DNA of 61,168 nt, filler included. It is 6 parts of 6 records of this genome, joined end to end, with 100 filler letters (N's around TTAATTAATTAA, not from the genome) between each part and the next. Parts side by side here need not be neighbours in the genome. Positions count along the whole stretch, not along the records: positions 21,357 to 41,088 come from SRR2962707_2289; 5 more parts are not named here. One strand, 5' to 3'. Position 1 is the first letter of the stretch, and every line of letters begins with the position of its first letter. The notes below the pieces were generated by a model. That model searched no databases. It was not told the origin of the DNA and saw only the letters and a list, made by a program, of their open reading frames with translations. Shown one piece after another: positions 21,257 through 31,181 of this stretch. The translations under genes and the position numbers were made by a program.

Positions 21257-21356
21257 NNNNNNNNNNNNNNNNNNNNNNNNNNNNNNNNNNNNNNNNNNNN
21301 TTAATTAATTAANNNNNNNNNNNNNNNNNNNNNNNNNNNNNNNNNNNNNNNNNNNN
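21257..21356. other. Artificial contig-joining spacer
   Basis: N / TTAATTAATTAA / N. Confidence 0.99.
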
Positions 21357-21761
21357 TTTGGCCATCCATGGTATGGCGGCGGCGATACGCGCACCAATGA
21401 ATATGCCGGACAGGAAGTGCCGGTGGAGGTCGTGATGCCGGCAGTTGCAACGGTTGCTCATGCGGCTGATCTTGGGATGACGTTCTATACGGGCAAGCAA
21501 TTCCCGGCCGAGTACAAGAACGCCATCTTCTCCGCACAGCACGGCTCCTGGAACCGGACAACGCCGGTTGGCGCCCGCGTCATGGTCACCATGATCGATG
21601 ATGAGGGCAATGCCACCATGAAGCCTTTCGCTGAAGGCTGGATCGACGAAAACGGCGAGTATCTCGGCCGCCCTGTTGATGTGGCGCAGCTGCGTGATGG
21701 CTCGATCCTTGTGTCGGACGACCTTGCCGGCGCCATCTACCGGATCAGTTACTCCAAATGA
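21357..21761 (+). CDS. Glucose/sorbosone dehydrogenase-family beta-propeller protein, C-terminal part
   Basis: LGMTFYTG..FP..Y, AQHGSWNR, GRPVDV...DGSILVSDD..GAIYRI; frame open to contig start. Confidence 0.88.
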   Translation, partial: FGHPWYGGGDTRTNEYAGQEVPVEVVMPAVATVAHAADLGMTFYTGKQFPAEYKNAIFSAQHGSWNRTTPVGARVMVTMIDDEGNATMKPFAEGWIDENGEYLGRPVDVAQLRDGSILVSDDLAGAIYRISYSK

Positions 21762-22339
21762 GAGCGGCAATAGCTTTCGGTCTCGGCGGGCTTTTGCTCG
21801 CCGGGACTGCTCTCGCAGACGAACCTGCTGTCGGTGACCCGGTCGCCGGCAAGAAAATCGCCGGCCAGTGCAGAACGTGCCACGGCATCGATGGCTATGC
21901 GAAAATTCCGATTGCGCCACATATCGGCGGCGAACCGGCATCTTATATCCGCAATCAGCTGACCGCCTTTCGCGACGGCACTCGGACACACGAGATGATG
22001 TCAGTGGTGGCAAAAATGCTGACCGATGAGCAGATCAATGATGTTGCCGCCTGGTACGCCTACCCTATCGCCACGGCAACGCTGACCGCTGATGCATCCG
22101 GCGCTCCGGAGGCCTGCACTGCCTGCCATGGCGTCGACGGCATTGCCCTGATCGAGGATGCACCGAATCTGGCCGGGGAAACCAACATCTACATCGACAC
22201 CCAGCTCAAGGCCTTTCGCCTCGGAAAACGCACACATGAGGTTATGAGTCCGGTGGCAGCAGACATGACCGACGCGGAAATCCGCGCCGTGGCGGATTGG
22301 TACGGCAGCGTCAAACTCGAGATCACGGTACCAGACTAG
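21758..22339 (+). CDS. Diheme c-type cytochrome (c4/c553-like)
   Basis: Signal peptide; two CxxCH motifs (CRTCH, CTACH); ATGA coupling to the upstream dehydrogenase. Confidence 0.92.
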   Translation: MRAAIAFGLGGLLLAGTALADEPAVGDPVAGKKIAGQCRTCHGIDGYAKIPIAPHIGGEPASYIRNQLTAFRDGTRTHEMMSVVAKMLTDEQINDVAAWYAYPIATATLTADASGAPEACTACHGVDGIALIEDAPNLAGETNIYIDTQLKAFRLGKRTHEVMSPVAADMTDAEIRAVADWYGSVKLEITVPD

Positions 22340-22442
22340 ACGACGGTGAACTTTCCCGACCGGGCGGCTCCCCGCAAGCCCCTTGCGCGCATTCAAGCCG
22401 CACCGGCGGGACTATGCGGCTGCCGCAGCCACACATTTCTAT

Positions 22443-22473
22443 GACCCGCCGTGCCCGATAAGCACGGCGGGTC
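22443..22473. terminator. Hairpin between convergent genes
   Basis: Perfect 12-bp stem GACCCGCCGTGC / GCACGGCGGGTC; no strong U tract. Confidence 0.5.
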
Positions 22474-22506
22474 CAGCCTGGTTTGCATTTCCTGGCAATC
22501 GCCTCC

Positions 22507-23244
22507 TCAGCTTGGCCTGGCCATCTCGATGGCATCGGCGCCTGCAGGAATGCGCATCGGCGACGCAGGATCTGTGACCGCGCGCCATACCGCTTCTGCC
22601 ACGTCGGAGGCAGCGGTGCCGTCTGGCACTCCCATTCCGGCAAACGCACTCTCGGCATATCCCGCATAGGCTTCCGGAATGCCACCCTGCATCCGCGGCC
22701 GCGCGTTCTCGCCAAAGCGGGTCGGTGACCGGCCCGGCTCGATCAGCGCAAGGCGGATATTGAATTGCTGGAGTTCAAACGCCAGCGATTGGGTAAAGGC
22801 GGTTATCGCGGATTTACTGGCCGTATAAACCGACAGCAACGGCAACGGAACCAGTGTCACGCTGGATGTGACATTGACGATGACACCCGCCTTGCGGTCC
22901 CGGAACTGCGGCAGCACCGCCTGAATCATCGCCATTGTGCCGAATGTGTTGGTCTCGAATATCTCGCGGACAGTCGCCATCGCGGTGGTCTCGAACACTC
23001 CGAGCAGGCCGATACCGGCGTTGTTGACCAGCGCATCGATCGGCCCGGCAGCCTCGACCGCCGCGCGGATGCTGCCAGGATCATCAACGTCGAGAGAAAG
23101 CACCGTGAGATGGTCTGAAGCGGGAAGCAGGCTGTGATCCGGCTTTCGCATCGTCGCGATCACCTTCCAGCCGCGGTCGAGAAAGTACCGGGCGGTTTCC
23201 AGCCCGAATCCGGATGAGCATCCGGTGATGAGAACGGTTTTCAT
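22507..23244 (-). CDS. SDR family oxidoreductase
   Basis: TGCSSGFG, NNAG, YTASK. Confidence 0.93.
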   Translation of the reverse strand: MKTVLITGCSSGFGLETARYFLDRGWKVIATMRKPDHSLLPASDHLTVLSLDVDDPGSIRAAVEAAGPIDALVNNAGIGLLGVFETTAMATVREIFETNTFGTMAMIQAVLPQFRDRKAGVIVNVTSSVTLVPLPLLSVYTASKSAITAFTQSLAFELQQFNIRLALIEPGRSPTRFGENARPRMQGGIPEAYAGYAESAFAGMGVPDGTAASDVAEAVWRAVTDPASPMRIPAGADAIEMARPS

Positions 23245-23338
23245 GGCAGCTCCTTTGGTTTGAACTGACATCAGGATAGACGGCGACAAGCGGACGTTCT
23301 ATCATTCAAAATCCGTATTTCATTTGCACGAGTCCTGA

Positions 23339-24247
23339 ATGGTTGATCCTCTGGCGGAAATTGTCACGCTGTTGCGTCCTGCTGCACCTTTTTCCAAGCT
23401 TGCCAGCGGTGCGGGCCAGTGGAGCGTGCACCGTGCGGAAAACGGGCGACCGTTCTTTTGCGTGTTGCTCGAGGGCGCCTGCCTGCTTGCCGTGGAGGAT
23501 CATGAACCGGTCACCCTTCATGAAGGCGACTTTGTCTTGATCCCGTCAGCGCGAAACTTCACCATGTCCAACCTCGATCCGGTAGCCGCAGACGACATTG
23601 ACTCGTCGATAGCCTCGCTGCTCGATGGCGAAATCAGGCACGGGCGGCAGGACGGCCCGCCCGATGTGCGTCTGCGTGTGGGGTACTGTGTCTTCGGTTC
23701 TCCCGATGCGGCCTTGCTGGTATCGCTGCTTCCCCGGTTCGTCCACATCCGCGATGATCTGCGGCTGTCAACCCTCGTCCAGCTCGTCGGCGATGAATCG
23801 CGCGCCATGCGGCCGGCCCGCGACATCATCATGCAACGATTGCTCGAGGTACTGCTGATCGAAGCGCTCCGCTCGATAGCAGGCACTGAAGTATCGCCGG
23901 GCCTGCTGCGCGGACTGGCCGATGAGCGGCTGACACTGGCAATCCGGGCCATGCACGAAAACCCGACAAAGCGCTGGACCATCGCCGAGCTCGCCCGCCA
24001 GTCGGGCCTGTCACGCTCGGCGTTTTTCGACAGGTTCCAGCGCCTGGTCGGACTGGCGCCAATGGAATACCTGCTTGCCTGGCGCATGGCGCAGGCCAAA
24101 ACCATGTTGCGGCAACGTGAAATCGGCGTCGGCGAGATCGCCGAGCGCGTCGGCTATGGCTCTGCCAGCGCTTTCAGCGTTGCCTTTACCCGACACGTCG
24201 GCCTGCCGCCGTCGCACTTTGCGCAGCAGGAAATCGATTCGCGCTGA
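23339..24247 (+). CDS. AraC family regulator with cupin_6 domain
   Basis: DPLAEI N-terminus, WTIAELAR..GLSRSAF, VGYGSASAFS; divergent from the SDR gene. Confidence 0.93.
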   Translation: MVDPLAEIVTLLRPAAPFSKLASGAGQWSVHRAENGRPFFCVLLEGACLLAVEDHEPVTLHEGDFVLIPSARNFTMSNLDPVAADDIDSSIASLLDGEIRHGRQDGPPDVRLRVGYCVFGSPDAALLVSLLPRFVHIRDDLRLSTLVQLVGDESRAMRPARDIIMQRLLEVLLIEALRSIAGTEVSPGLLRGLADERLTLAIRAMHENPTKRWTIAELARQSGLSRSAFFDRFQRLVGLAPMEYLLAWRMAQAKTMLRQREIGVGEIAERVGYGSASAFSVAFTRHVGLPPSHFAQQEIDSR

Positions 24248-24320
24248 ACTGTTACACGGCGGCACCACCCGGTGTCCCGCGAGCACGGTTACATGCGTTT
24301 GGCCACCATCGAGCGCGCGC

Positions 24321-25655
24321 TCAGGACAATGTCTCCATCCACCTGCGCAGCTTGTAGGCTGTTGTGGTTTCGTCGATCTCGACGTCTTCGAAGCGGACCG
24401 GCTGACCATCGGCGATGGCGCGCTTCAGCTTGACATTGTGCGCCAGCCCCAGTGGCAGATATCCGGCAGCCACCGATGCCTTCGCGGGGCGCAAGCCGCC
24501 GGTCACGGTGTAGCCGCCCTCCCCGTCGAGGATTTCGCCTGCAGCCAGATCGCGTTTGGCGATGGCCGCGACATCGCCGTTGAAATGTCTCGCGACACCC
24601 GTCGGTTCTCCACGTAACCCGACCGAGGCCACCGACACCGGCAGTTCAAGCCCGATGAGGTGCCAGCGCTTGTAAAGCGAGGAGTAACGGCCGCTGTCAT
24701 CCGTTCGCACCAGATATTCCTGAAAGCAGTTGCGCAGGTACTCCGTGTCCCCCTCAAACACCACCCAGACACCCTGCCTGATGTCATAGGGCACCGGCGT
24801 GCCGTCGCGCGTCAGCGACGACGCCACTTCGACCATTCCCTTTTGCTCGAGATGGCCGCCTTCCGATTTGGGTCTCATGATATTGGCCAGATCCTCGGCG
24901 CCGCCGACAGGAAACTGCAAACCGTTGGTCGGAACCATCAGTCCGGTCGCATTGGCGATTGCCGAAGATTCAATTGCCGGCTTGGAGCCATCGAGGAACG
25001 AGTTGAACATTTTTGGGTTAAGTCGGCCGCGCTCGGCCTTTTCGCGGCTCACACCCCAATGGTCCCATACCGTTTCTGGCGTCGATTTGCGAAATTCCGG
25101 CAGCCATTTGTGCCCGCGCCCTGCAGCCGTCACGTTGAACCCGCAGGTGCGCGCCCAGTCGACCAGATCACAGGTCAGTGCCGGCTGATCGCCATAGGCC
25201 ATCGAGTAGATCACCCCGGCTTCGGCGGCCTTTCGCGCCAGCGCATAGCCGCAAAAGGCATCCGCTTCGACCGTGACGTTGATAACGTGCTTGCCGTTGT
25301 CAAATGCCCCGAGGATATGATCGATCGCCGCGACCGGCGCTCCGGTGCATTCGATGACGATATCGATCGCCGGATGGGCGACAAGCGCCTGCCAGTCATC
25401 GCCCACATGGGTTCCCCCGTCTTTGGCAGCCTGGTCAAGCGAAGTGGCAGCAAACCGCTCCGGTTCCCAGCCAACAAACTCCATGTTCGAGCGTGCATTT
25501 GCCGGCGACAGATCCGCCACGCCGATCAGATGAATGCCTGCAAGCTTGCGCACCTGTGACAGGAACATGGTGCCGAACTTGCCCGCACCGATCATGCCGA
25601 TGCGGATTGGATTGCCGGACTCGGCACGCTGATTTAACATTAAAAACAGGTTCAT
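24321..25655 (-). CDS. NAD(P)-dependent oxidoreductase, homoserine-dehydrogenase-like, with C-terminal SAF domain
   Basis: IGAGKFG Rossmann motif, GDQP, DGSKPAIE, AKRDL..GE.LDGEGGY, LPLGLAH. Confidence 0.85.
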   Translation of the reverse strand: MNLFLMLNQRAESGNPIRIGMIGAGKFGTMFLSQVRKLAGIHLIGVADLSPANARSNMEFVGWEPERFAATSLDQAAKDGGTHVGDDWQALVAHPAIDIVIECTGAPVAAIDHILGAFDNGKHVINVTVEADAFCGYALARKAAEAGVIYSMAYGDQPALTCDLVDWARTCGFNVTAAGRGHKWLPEFRKSTPETVWDHWGVSREKAERGRLNPKMFNSFLDGSKPAIESSAIANATGLMVPTNGLQFPVGGAEDLANIMRPKSEGGHLEQKGMVEVASSLTRDGTPVPYDIRQGVWVVFEGDTEYLRNCFQEYLVRTDDSGRYSSLYKRWHLIGLELPVSVASVGLRGEPTGVARHFNGDVAAIAKRDLAAGEILDGEGGYTVTGGLRPAKASVAAGYLPLGLAHNVKLKRAIADGQPVRFEDVEIDETTTAYKLRRWMETLS

Positions 25656-25991
25656 TGTGGCATCTACCTCCCCTTGCCAATTTCTTCCCGCAGGGTCTCC
25701 CAACCCAGCGCATCGTTTCTTCTATCCCAATTTGACGTCGACAACGAGAACTGCCTCACGCACTCGATCGCTGTGACTTTATGAGTATTAGCTCGGGATA
25801 GACCACCCGTTGCCGCCAAAACCGGACCGTTTCGGTTTACAATCATAGGCACACCGCGCTAGCCTTTCGTCGCAATCGGCTTTTTATTCGCCGTTTGAAA
25901 AGCATCGATAGCCACCACACCCGGTGGGCCGGTGCGAAAGCAACAGAATCGGCGGACAACAAGCCGGTCGAACACATGACGGGAAAAGCCA

Positions 25992-26408
25992 ATGTACAAG
26001 AAAATCATGGTGCCCGTGGATCTTGCGCACGTCGAAAAACTGGCGCTTGCATTGGACACGGCCGCAAAGCTTTCAAAACTCTACAATGCCCCGGTGACTT
26101 ATGTCGGAGTGACATCCTCGGCGCCCGGCCCGCTCGGCCACAATCCTGCGGAGTATGAGAAGAAACTGACTGACTTCATTGCGACCCAGACCAGCGCCCA
26201 TGGCATCCAGGCCGAGGGCAAGGCTGTTGTCAGTCATGACCCGGCAGTCGATCTGGACGACGCGCTGATCAAGACTGCAAACGACGCAGGCAGCGATCTG
26301 ATCGTCATGGCGACCCATATTCCCAATGTCGCCGACCATTTCTGGCCGTCCAACGGTGGCCGGCTTGCGACCCATACCAATGCATCTGTCTTTCTCGTGC
26401 GCGGCTGA
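25992..26408 (+). CDS. Universal stress protein
   Basis: MYKKIMVPVD, DLIVMATH, SVFLVR. Confidence 0.92.
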   Translation: MYKKIMVPVDLAHVEKLALALDTAAKLSKLYNAPVTYVGVTSSAPGPLGHNPAEYEKKLTDFIATQTSAHGIQAEGKAVVSHDPAVDLDDALIKTANDAGSDLIVMATHIPNVADHFWPSNGGRLATHTNASVFLVRG

Positions 26409-26457
26409 GCGCAAACGACGGCATCTGCCACAATAAACACAAGCGGGAGAACACCCA

Positions 26458-28080
26458 ATGAGCGATAACAGCGAACCGGGTATTCCGGCGCCGGAAGGCC
26501 CGGCAAACCTGATCGATACCGAATACGAAGTCGGTCAGGACAACATTTCCATGTCAGTCGGTCCGTTCGGCCTCGACATCCACAATCCGGTCTTTGCAAT
26601 CTCCGGATTGAGCATCGTTGCCTTTGTCTTTGTCACCCTGGCCTTCCAGGAAAGTGCCGGTGCGATCTTCAACGATCTGCGCAACTGGTTGACGGGGACT
26701 TTCGACTGGTTCTTCCTCACAGCCGCCAACATCTTCGTGCTGTTGTGCCTGTTCCTGATTGTCTCGCCCTACGGCAAGGTCAGGCTCGGCGGCAAGGATG
26801 CAACGCCTGACTACACCTACACCGGCTGGTTCGCGATGTTGTTCGCCGCAGGCATGGGCATCGGGCTGATGTTCTACGGCGTTTCGGAGCCTATCTCTCA
26901 CTTCTCCTCCTCGTTTGCCGACAACGCCGCTACGCCCGAAAGCTGGGCGCCACTTGGCGGTGCGGCTGGCGACGCGGTCGAGGCGCGCAATCTCGGCATG
27001 GCGGCAACGATCTTCCATTGGGGCCTGCATCCCTGGGCGATCTATGCCATCGTAGCCCTCGCATTGGCGCTGTTTTCCTACAACAAGGGCCTGCCGCTCA
27101 CTATGCGGTCGGTGTTCTACCCTATCTTCGGTGAGCGCATTTGGGGCTGGACCGGACACGTCATCGACATCCTGGCGGTTTTCGCCACGCTGTTCGGGCT
27201 CGCCACGTCGCTGGGCTTCGGCGCAGAACAGGCCAATGCCGGCCTCAACCATCTCTTCGGGCTTCCGGTGAATGATGTTTCGAAGGTCTTGCTGATCGTT
27301 GCCATCACCGGTGTTGCACTGATGTCGGTCGTCGCCGGCCTTGACGCAGGCGTTAAACGCCTGTCGGAGATCAACATGATGCTGGCCGCCTTGCTGCTGG
27401 TCTTCGTGCTGATCGTCGGCCCGACGGTGGCGATCTTCACCGGCTTCTTCCACAACCTCTACGAATATGTCCGCTATCTGCCCGAACTTTCCAATCCGTT
27501 CGGACGGACAGATGACAATTTCCGTCAGGGCTGGACGGCATTCTATTGGGCCTGGTGGATTTCCTGGTCGCCTTTTGTCGGCATGTTCATCGCCCGCGTC
27601 AGCCGCGGCCGGACAGTGCGCGAGTTCCTCGTCTGCGTGTTGCTCATCCCGTCGATCGTCTCGGTGTTCTGGATGACGGTTTTCGGCGGAACAGCAATCA
27701 GCCAGCTGGTCAATGACGGCTACCAGCTCGTCGTCGACGCGCCGCTGGAACTCAAGCTGTTTGCCATGCTTGAAGGCTTGCCGTTGCAACAGATCACCTC
27801 GTTCATCGCCATTGTTCTGGTGATCGTGTTCTTCGTCACCTCGTCCGACTCCGGCTCGCTGGTCATCGACACCATCACTGCCGGCGGCAAGATCGATGCG
27901 CCTGTGCCACAGCGCATCTTCTGGGCAAGTTTCGAGGGCCTGGTCGCTATCGCACTGCTGCTTGGCGGAGGGTTGGGAGCACTTCAGGCCATGGCGGTCT
28001 CGACAGGCTTCCCGTTCACCATCGTCTTGCTGCTCGCCTGCTTTGCCATCATCAAGGGATTGCAAAGCGAACCACGCTGA
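26458..28080 (+). CDS. BCCT family transporter (glycine betaine/choline/DMSP class)
   Basis: WFAMLFAAGMGIGL, HWGLHPWAIY, GWTAFYWAWWISWSPFVGMFIARVSRGRT. Confidence 0.95.
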   Translation: MSDNSEPGIPAPEGPANLIDTEYEVGQDNISMSVGPFGLDIHNPVFAISGLSIVAFVFVTLAFQESAGAIFNDLRNWLTGTFDWFFLTAANIFVLLCLFLIVSPYGKVRLGGKDATPDYTYTGWFAMLFAAGMGIGLMFYGVSEPISHFSSSFADNAATPESWAPLGGAAGDAVEARNLGMAATIFHWGLHPWAIYAIVALALALFSYNKGLPLTMRSVFYPIFGERIWGWTGHVIDILAVFATLFGLATSLGFGAEQANAGLNHLFGLPVNDVSKVLLIVAITGVALMSVVAGLDAGVKRLSEINMMLAALLLVFVLIVGPTVAIFTGFFHNLYEYVRYLPELSNPFGRTDDNFRQGWTAFYWAWWISWSPFVGMFIARVSRGRTVREFLVCVLLIPSIVSVFWMTVFGGTAISQLVNDGYQLVVDAPLELKLFAMLEGLPLQQITSFIAIVLVIVFFVTSSDSGSLVIDTITAGGKIDAPVPQRIFWASFEGLVAIALLLGGGLGALQAMAVSTGFPFTIVLLLACFAIIKGLQSEPR

Positions 28081-28314
28081 AACACAGAAGGGCCGCCAGA
28101 AATGGCGGCTCATCCACGCTTTTGGTATAGGCCTCGCACACCGTTGCGGGGCCGTTTTTATTGGCGCAGGCACCCCTTGTCAAAACCGGAAAATCTGTGA
28201 CAACAAGGGTCTGCTGGCCACGACAATCCTGTCTAACGGTCATTCCGCCTTTGAACCACCTCCGACCTGACGGCATCCGAAAACGGCCCGCCGCATACGC
28301 CAGCGATCCTCACC

Positions 28315-29208
28315 ATGATTCCGATCCTTTCTGTTCTCATCCCCACAATGGGCATCATCACCGTTGGCAGAGTGTTCCGCGAACGGTTGAGCGTTGATGC
28401 ATGGCGAGGCATAGACCGGCTGAATTTTGAGCTCTTGTTTCCATGCCTGATTTTTTCGGCGGCAGCGTCGCGACCTATCGCGCTTGACGATGCGGCAATC
28501 ATTGGAGCCGGTGTGTGGATTATCCTGTCGGTGGGTCTTGCGCTGGGTTGGCTGCTGCGGCCGTTTGGACCGTCCAAGTTCCTTGATTTCGCAGGTGCCT
28601 GGCAGACGGCATGGCGGTTCAACACAGCGATTGCGTTTGTCGCCGTGAGTGCTGTTGGCAACGCCGCGCCGCTGATGTCGGTGGCCATCGGATTTGCAGT
28701 GCCATTGGCCAATGTCTTCGCAATCACTGCACTCTCCCGTGGCAATGGCCTGGGGGTGCTGGGAGTTCTGGGCCAGATTGCTCGCAATCCGTTTTTCATC
28801 GCCTCGGTGTCCGGCATGTGCGTTGGAGCCGCCGGTATCACCATGCCCGGAATGCTGAAACAAGGTGTCGATTATCTTGCCGGCGCGGCCATTCCGATCG
28901 CTCTCATGGCCGTTGGCGCGACGATGGACTGGGGAGCAATGCTGCGGCTCAACCGCTTTACCGGCGGCATTACCACGATCAAGCTGTTGATCCTGCCTGC
29001 GCTGACGTGGCTGGGTGTCACGCTGGCAGGGCTGCCGCCGGCACAGGCGAATGTCCTTGTGGTGTTCGCCGCCCTGCCAACAGCATCTGCCGCTCACGTA
29101 CTGGCGTCAGTCTACGGCGCAGAGCGCAAGCTCCCGGCAACGCTGATTGCTCAATCGACCCTGCTCTCGGCACTTACCTTGCCATTCTGGATCTATCTGC
29201 TGACATAA
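28315..29208 (+). CDS. AEC family transporter
   Basis: About 10 TM helices, RNPF, KLLILP, LPTA motifs. Confidence 0.85.
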   Translation: MIPILSVLIPTMGIITVGRVFRERLSVDAWRGIDRLNFELLFPCLIFSAAASRPIALDDAAIIGAGVWIILSVGLALGWLLRPFGPSKFLDFAGAWQTAWRFNTAIAFVAVSAVGNAAPLMSVAIGFAVPLANVFAITALSRGNGLGVLGVLGQIARNPFFIASVSGMCVGAAGITMPGMLKQGVDYLAGAAIPIALMAVGATMDWGAMLRLNRFTGGITTIKLLILPALTWLGVTLAGLPPAQANVLVVFAALPTASAAHVLASVYGAERKLPATLIAQSTLLSALTLPFWIYLLT

Positions 29209-29285
29209 TTCCGCAGGGTCTTGCTCGGCAGGATAATCCACCGGCGACCAGCACCGGTTTTCCTTTGACCGGAAGCGACGCGAAT

Positions 29286-30182
29286 TTACGTCGCCACGCT
29301 GACCTGCCGGCTGCGCCAGAGAATGAACAGCCCTGAAATGACAATCAGACCTGATCCGACCACCATGGCAGCACTCAGTCGCTCGCCAAACAGCACAATC
29401 CCGAGCGCAATGCCAAACAGCAGCCGTGTGTATCTGAACGGAGTGACGGCCGACACCTCTCCGGTCCGCATGGCTTTCATCAAACACGAATAGGCCATTA
29501 CGCCAGCCATGATCGCCCCGAGCACATAAAGCGAAATCTCGGTATCCGGCATCACAAAGGGGACACCTTGCCAGGCTGCGTACAAGCCGCCGGCAACGAC
29601 GATAGACAGAAAGCCATACAATCCGAGAATTGCAGTGCTCAACATAGCCGGTGCCGCGCGGCTCGCCAGATCACGTCCTGCGAAGCCGATCATGCCGAGA
29701 ATGGCCAGAAACGAGAGCATCGAAAAACTGTCTGTCCCCGGCTGAATGATGACCACCACCCCGACCAGTCCGACAAAAATGGCCGTCCAACGGCGCCATC
29801 CCACCTTTTCGCCGAACACCAGCGCCGCGCCTGCGACCACAACCAGCGGCGTCGCCTGCAGGATGACCGTTGCCGCTGACAACGGGATCAGCGACAGCGC
29901 AAGCACGTAGAACAGGCGACCGGTGATCTCGAAGACAACGCGGACCAGCATCGGCCGCGAAACCACATCCGGATTATACAGAGGTTCCTTGTTGATGAGC
30001 ACCACTGTGGCAAAGACGAGGGCTCCACCAAGCCCAAAGAAGGCAAGCACCTGACCGACCGGCAGCATCACGGAGGCTGCCTTGATGAAGGCATCCTCGA
30101 TGGCAAAGATCGCCATTGCCGCAATCATCCAGATACTGCCCGCCAGATTGGCTTTGCGGTCCGTCTCAATGTGATGTGCCAC
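29286..30182 (-). CDS. DMT/EamA family transporter
   Basis: Two EamA halves, GEKVGWRRW, PFRYTRL. Confidence 0.9.
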   Translation of the reverse strand: MAHHIETDRKANLAGSIWMIAAMAIFAIEDAFIKAASVMLPVGQVLAFFGLGGALVFATVVLINKEPLYNPDVVSRPMLVRVVFEITGRLFYVLALSLIPLSAATVILQATPLVVVAGAALVFGEKVGWRRWTAIFVGLVGVVVIIQPGTDSFSMLSFLAILGMIGFAGRDLASRAAPAMLSTAILGLYGFLSIVVAGGLYAAWQGVPFVMPDTEISLYVLGAIMAGVMAYSCLMKAMRTGEVSAVTPFRYTRLLFGIALGIVLFGERLSAAMVVGSGLIVISGLFILWRSRQVSVAT

Positions 30183-30299
30183 GCAGATTCCAATGCTGGT
30201 TGTCGCCTCGCCACGCGCGGGCGCCAGACCAGTTAGCCGGATTAGTCTCAGGCTTCAATTGTTGACTTGGTCTTGATCAAAGACTGTCGAAACAGCCCC

Positions 30300-31178
30300 T
30301 TAGCCGATCGCCATATCCAGTCCGATATCCAGCGTCGGTGCGGCCATGGTGATCTTCGACGTCGAGATGTAGTCGACGCCGGTCTCGGCGATCGCCTTGA
30401 TCGTTTCGAGATTGACGTTACCGGAGGCTTCAAGCGTGATCCGCCCCCTGTCGCGAGCGGTGTTCATCGCAACAGCCTCACGCAAAGTGTCCGGCCCCAT
30501 GTTGTCGAGAAGGCAGACATCCGCACCTTCGTCGAGAACCACCTGGAACTGCTCCAGCGTATCGACTTCGATCTCGACCTTGACCAGATGTCCGGCAAAC
30601 GCCTTGGCCGCCCGCAAGGCTTCAGCAATCCCGCCGGCAACCACGATGTGATTGTCCTTGATCAGGATGGCGTCATCGAGCCCATAGCGGTGCGACGAGC
30701 CACCGCCGCAACGCACAGCGTATTTTTCAACGCCGCGCAGCCCCGGAATGGTCTTGCGCGTGCAGGTGACTTTTGCCGAAGTGTGGGCGATTGCATCGGC
30801 AAAACGCGCCGTGTGTGTGGCGATGCCCGACAGATGCATGAGGTAATTCAGCGCCACCCGTTCGGCTGACAGCAGTCCCCGCGCCGGGCCGGAAATCCGG
30901 GCAATCATTGTGCCGGGTTCCACCCGCGCGCCATCGGTCACCAGCGCTTCAAACCGGATCGCCGGGTTGATCAACCGGAATGCAGCTTCGGCAAGCGGCA
31001 GCCCGGAGATGATTCCGGCCTCGCGGCTGTTCATCTCGGCCGTCGCCTGCCGCTCCGGGCCTATAGTGGCGTTGGAGGTGATGTCGCCTGCCCGGCCAAG
31101 GTCTTCCAGAAGTGCGGCGCGCACCTGATCCTCGACCATCAGCTGCGGCAGTTCGGGGAGAAATGCAGTGGTGGTCAT
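30300..31178 (-). CDS. nadC: Nicotinate-nucleotide diphosphorylase (quinolinate phosphoribosyltransferase)
   Basis: EDLGRAGDIT, ERVALN, TRKTIPG, LIKDNH, EVDT, LLDNM, EASG. Confidence 0.97.
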   Translation of the reverse strand: MTTTAFLPELPQLMVEDQVRAALLEDLGRAGDITSNATIGPERQATAEMNSREAGIISGLPLAEAAFRLINPAIRFEALVTDGARVEPGTMIARISGPARGLLSAERVALNYLMHLSGIATHTARFADAIAHTSAKVTCTRKTIPGLRGVEKYAVRCGGGSSHRYGLDDAILIKDNHIVVAGGIAEALRAAKAFAGHLVKVEIEVDTLEQFQVVLDEGADVCLLDNMGPDTLREAVAMNTARDRGRITLEASGNVNLETIKAIAETGVDYISTSKITMAAPTLDIGLDMAIG

Positions 31179-31181
31179 AAG

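Noticed and set aside
26554-28173. Long antisense ORFs (also 8297-9697, 34902-36185, 6517-7452, 32494-33534, 24660-25559)
   Set aside because: Shadow frames of well-supported GC-rich genes on the opposite strand, with no recognisable motifs.
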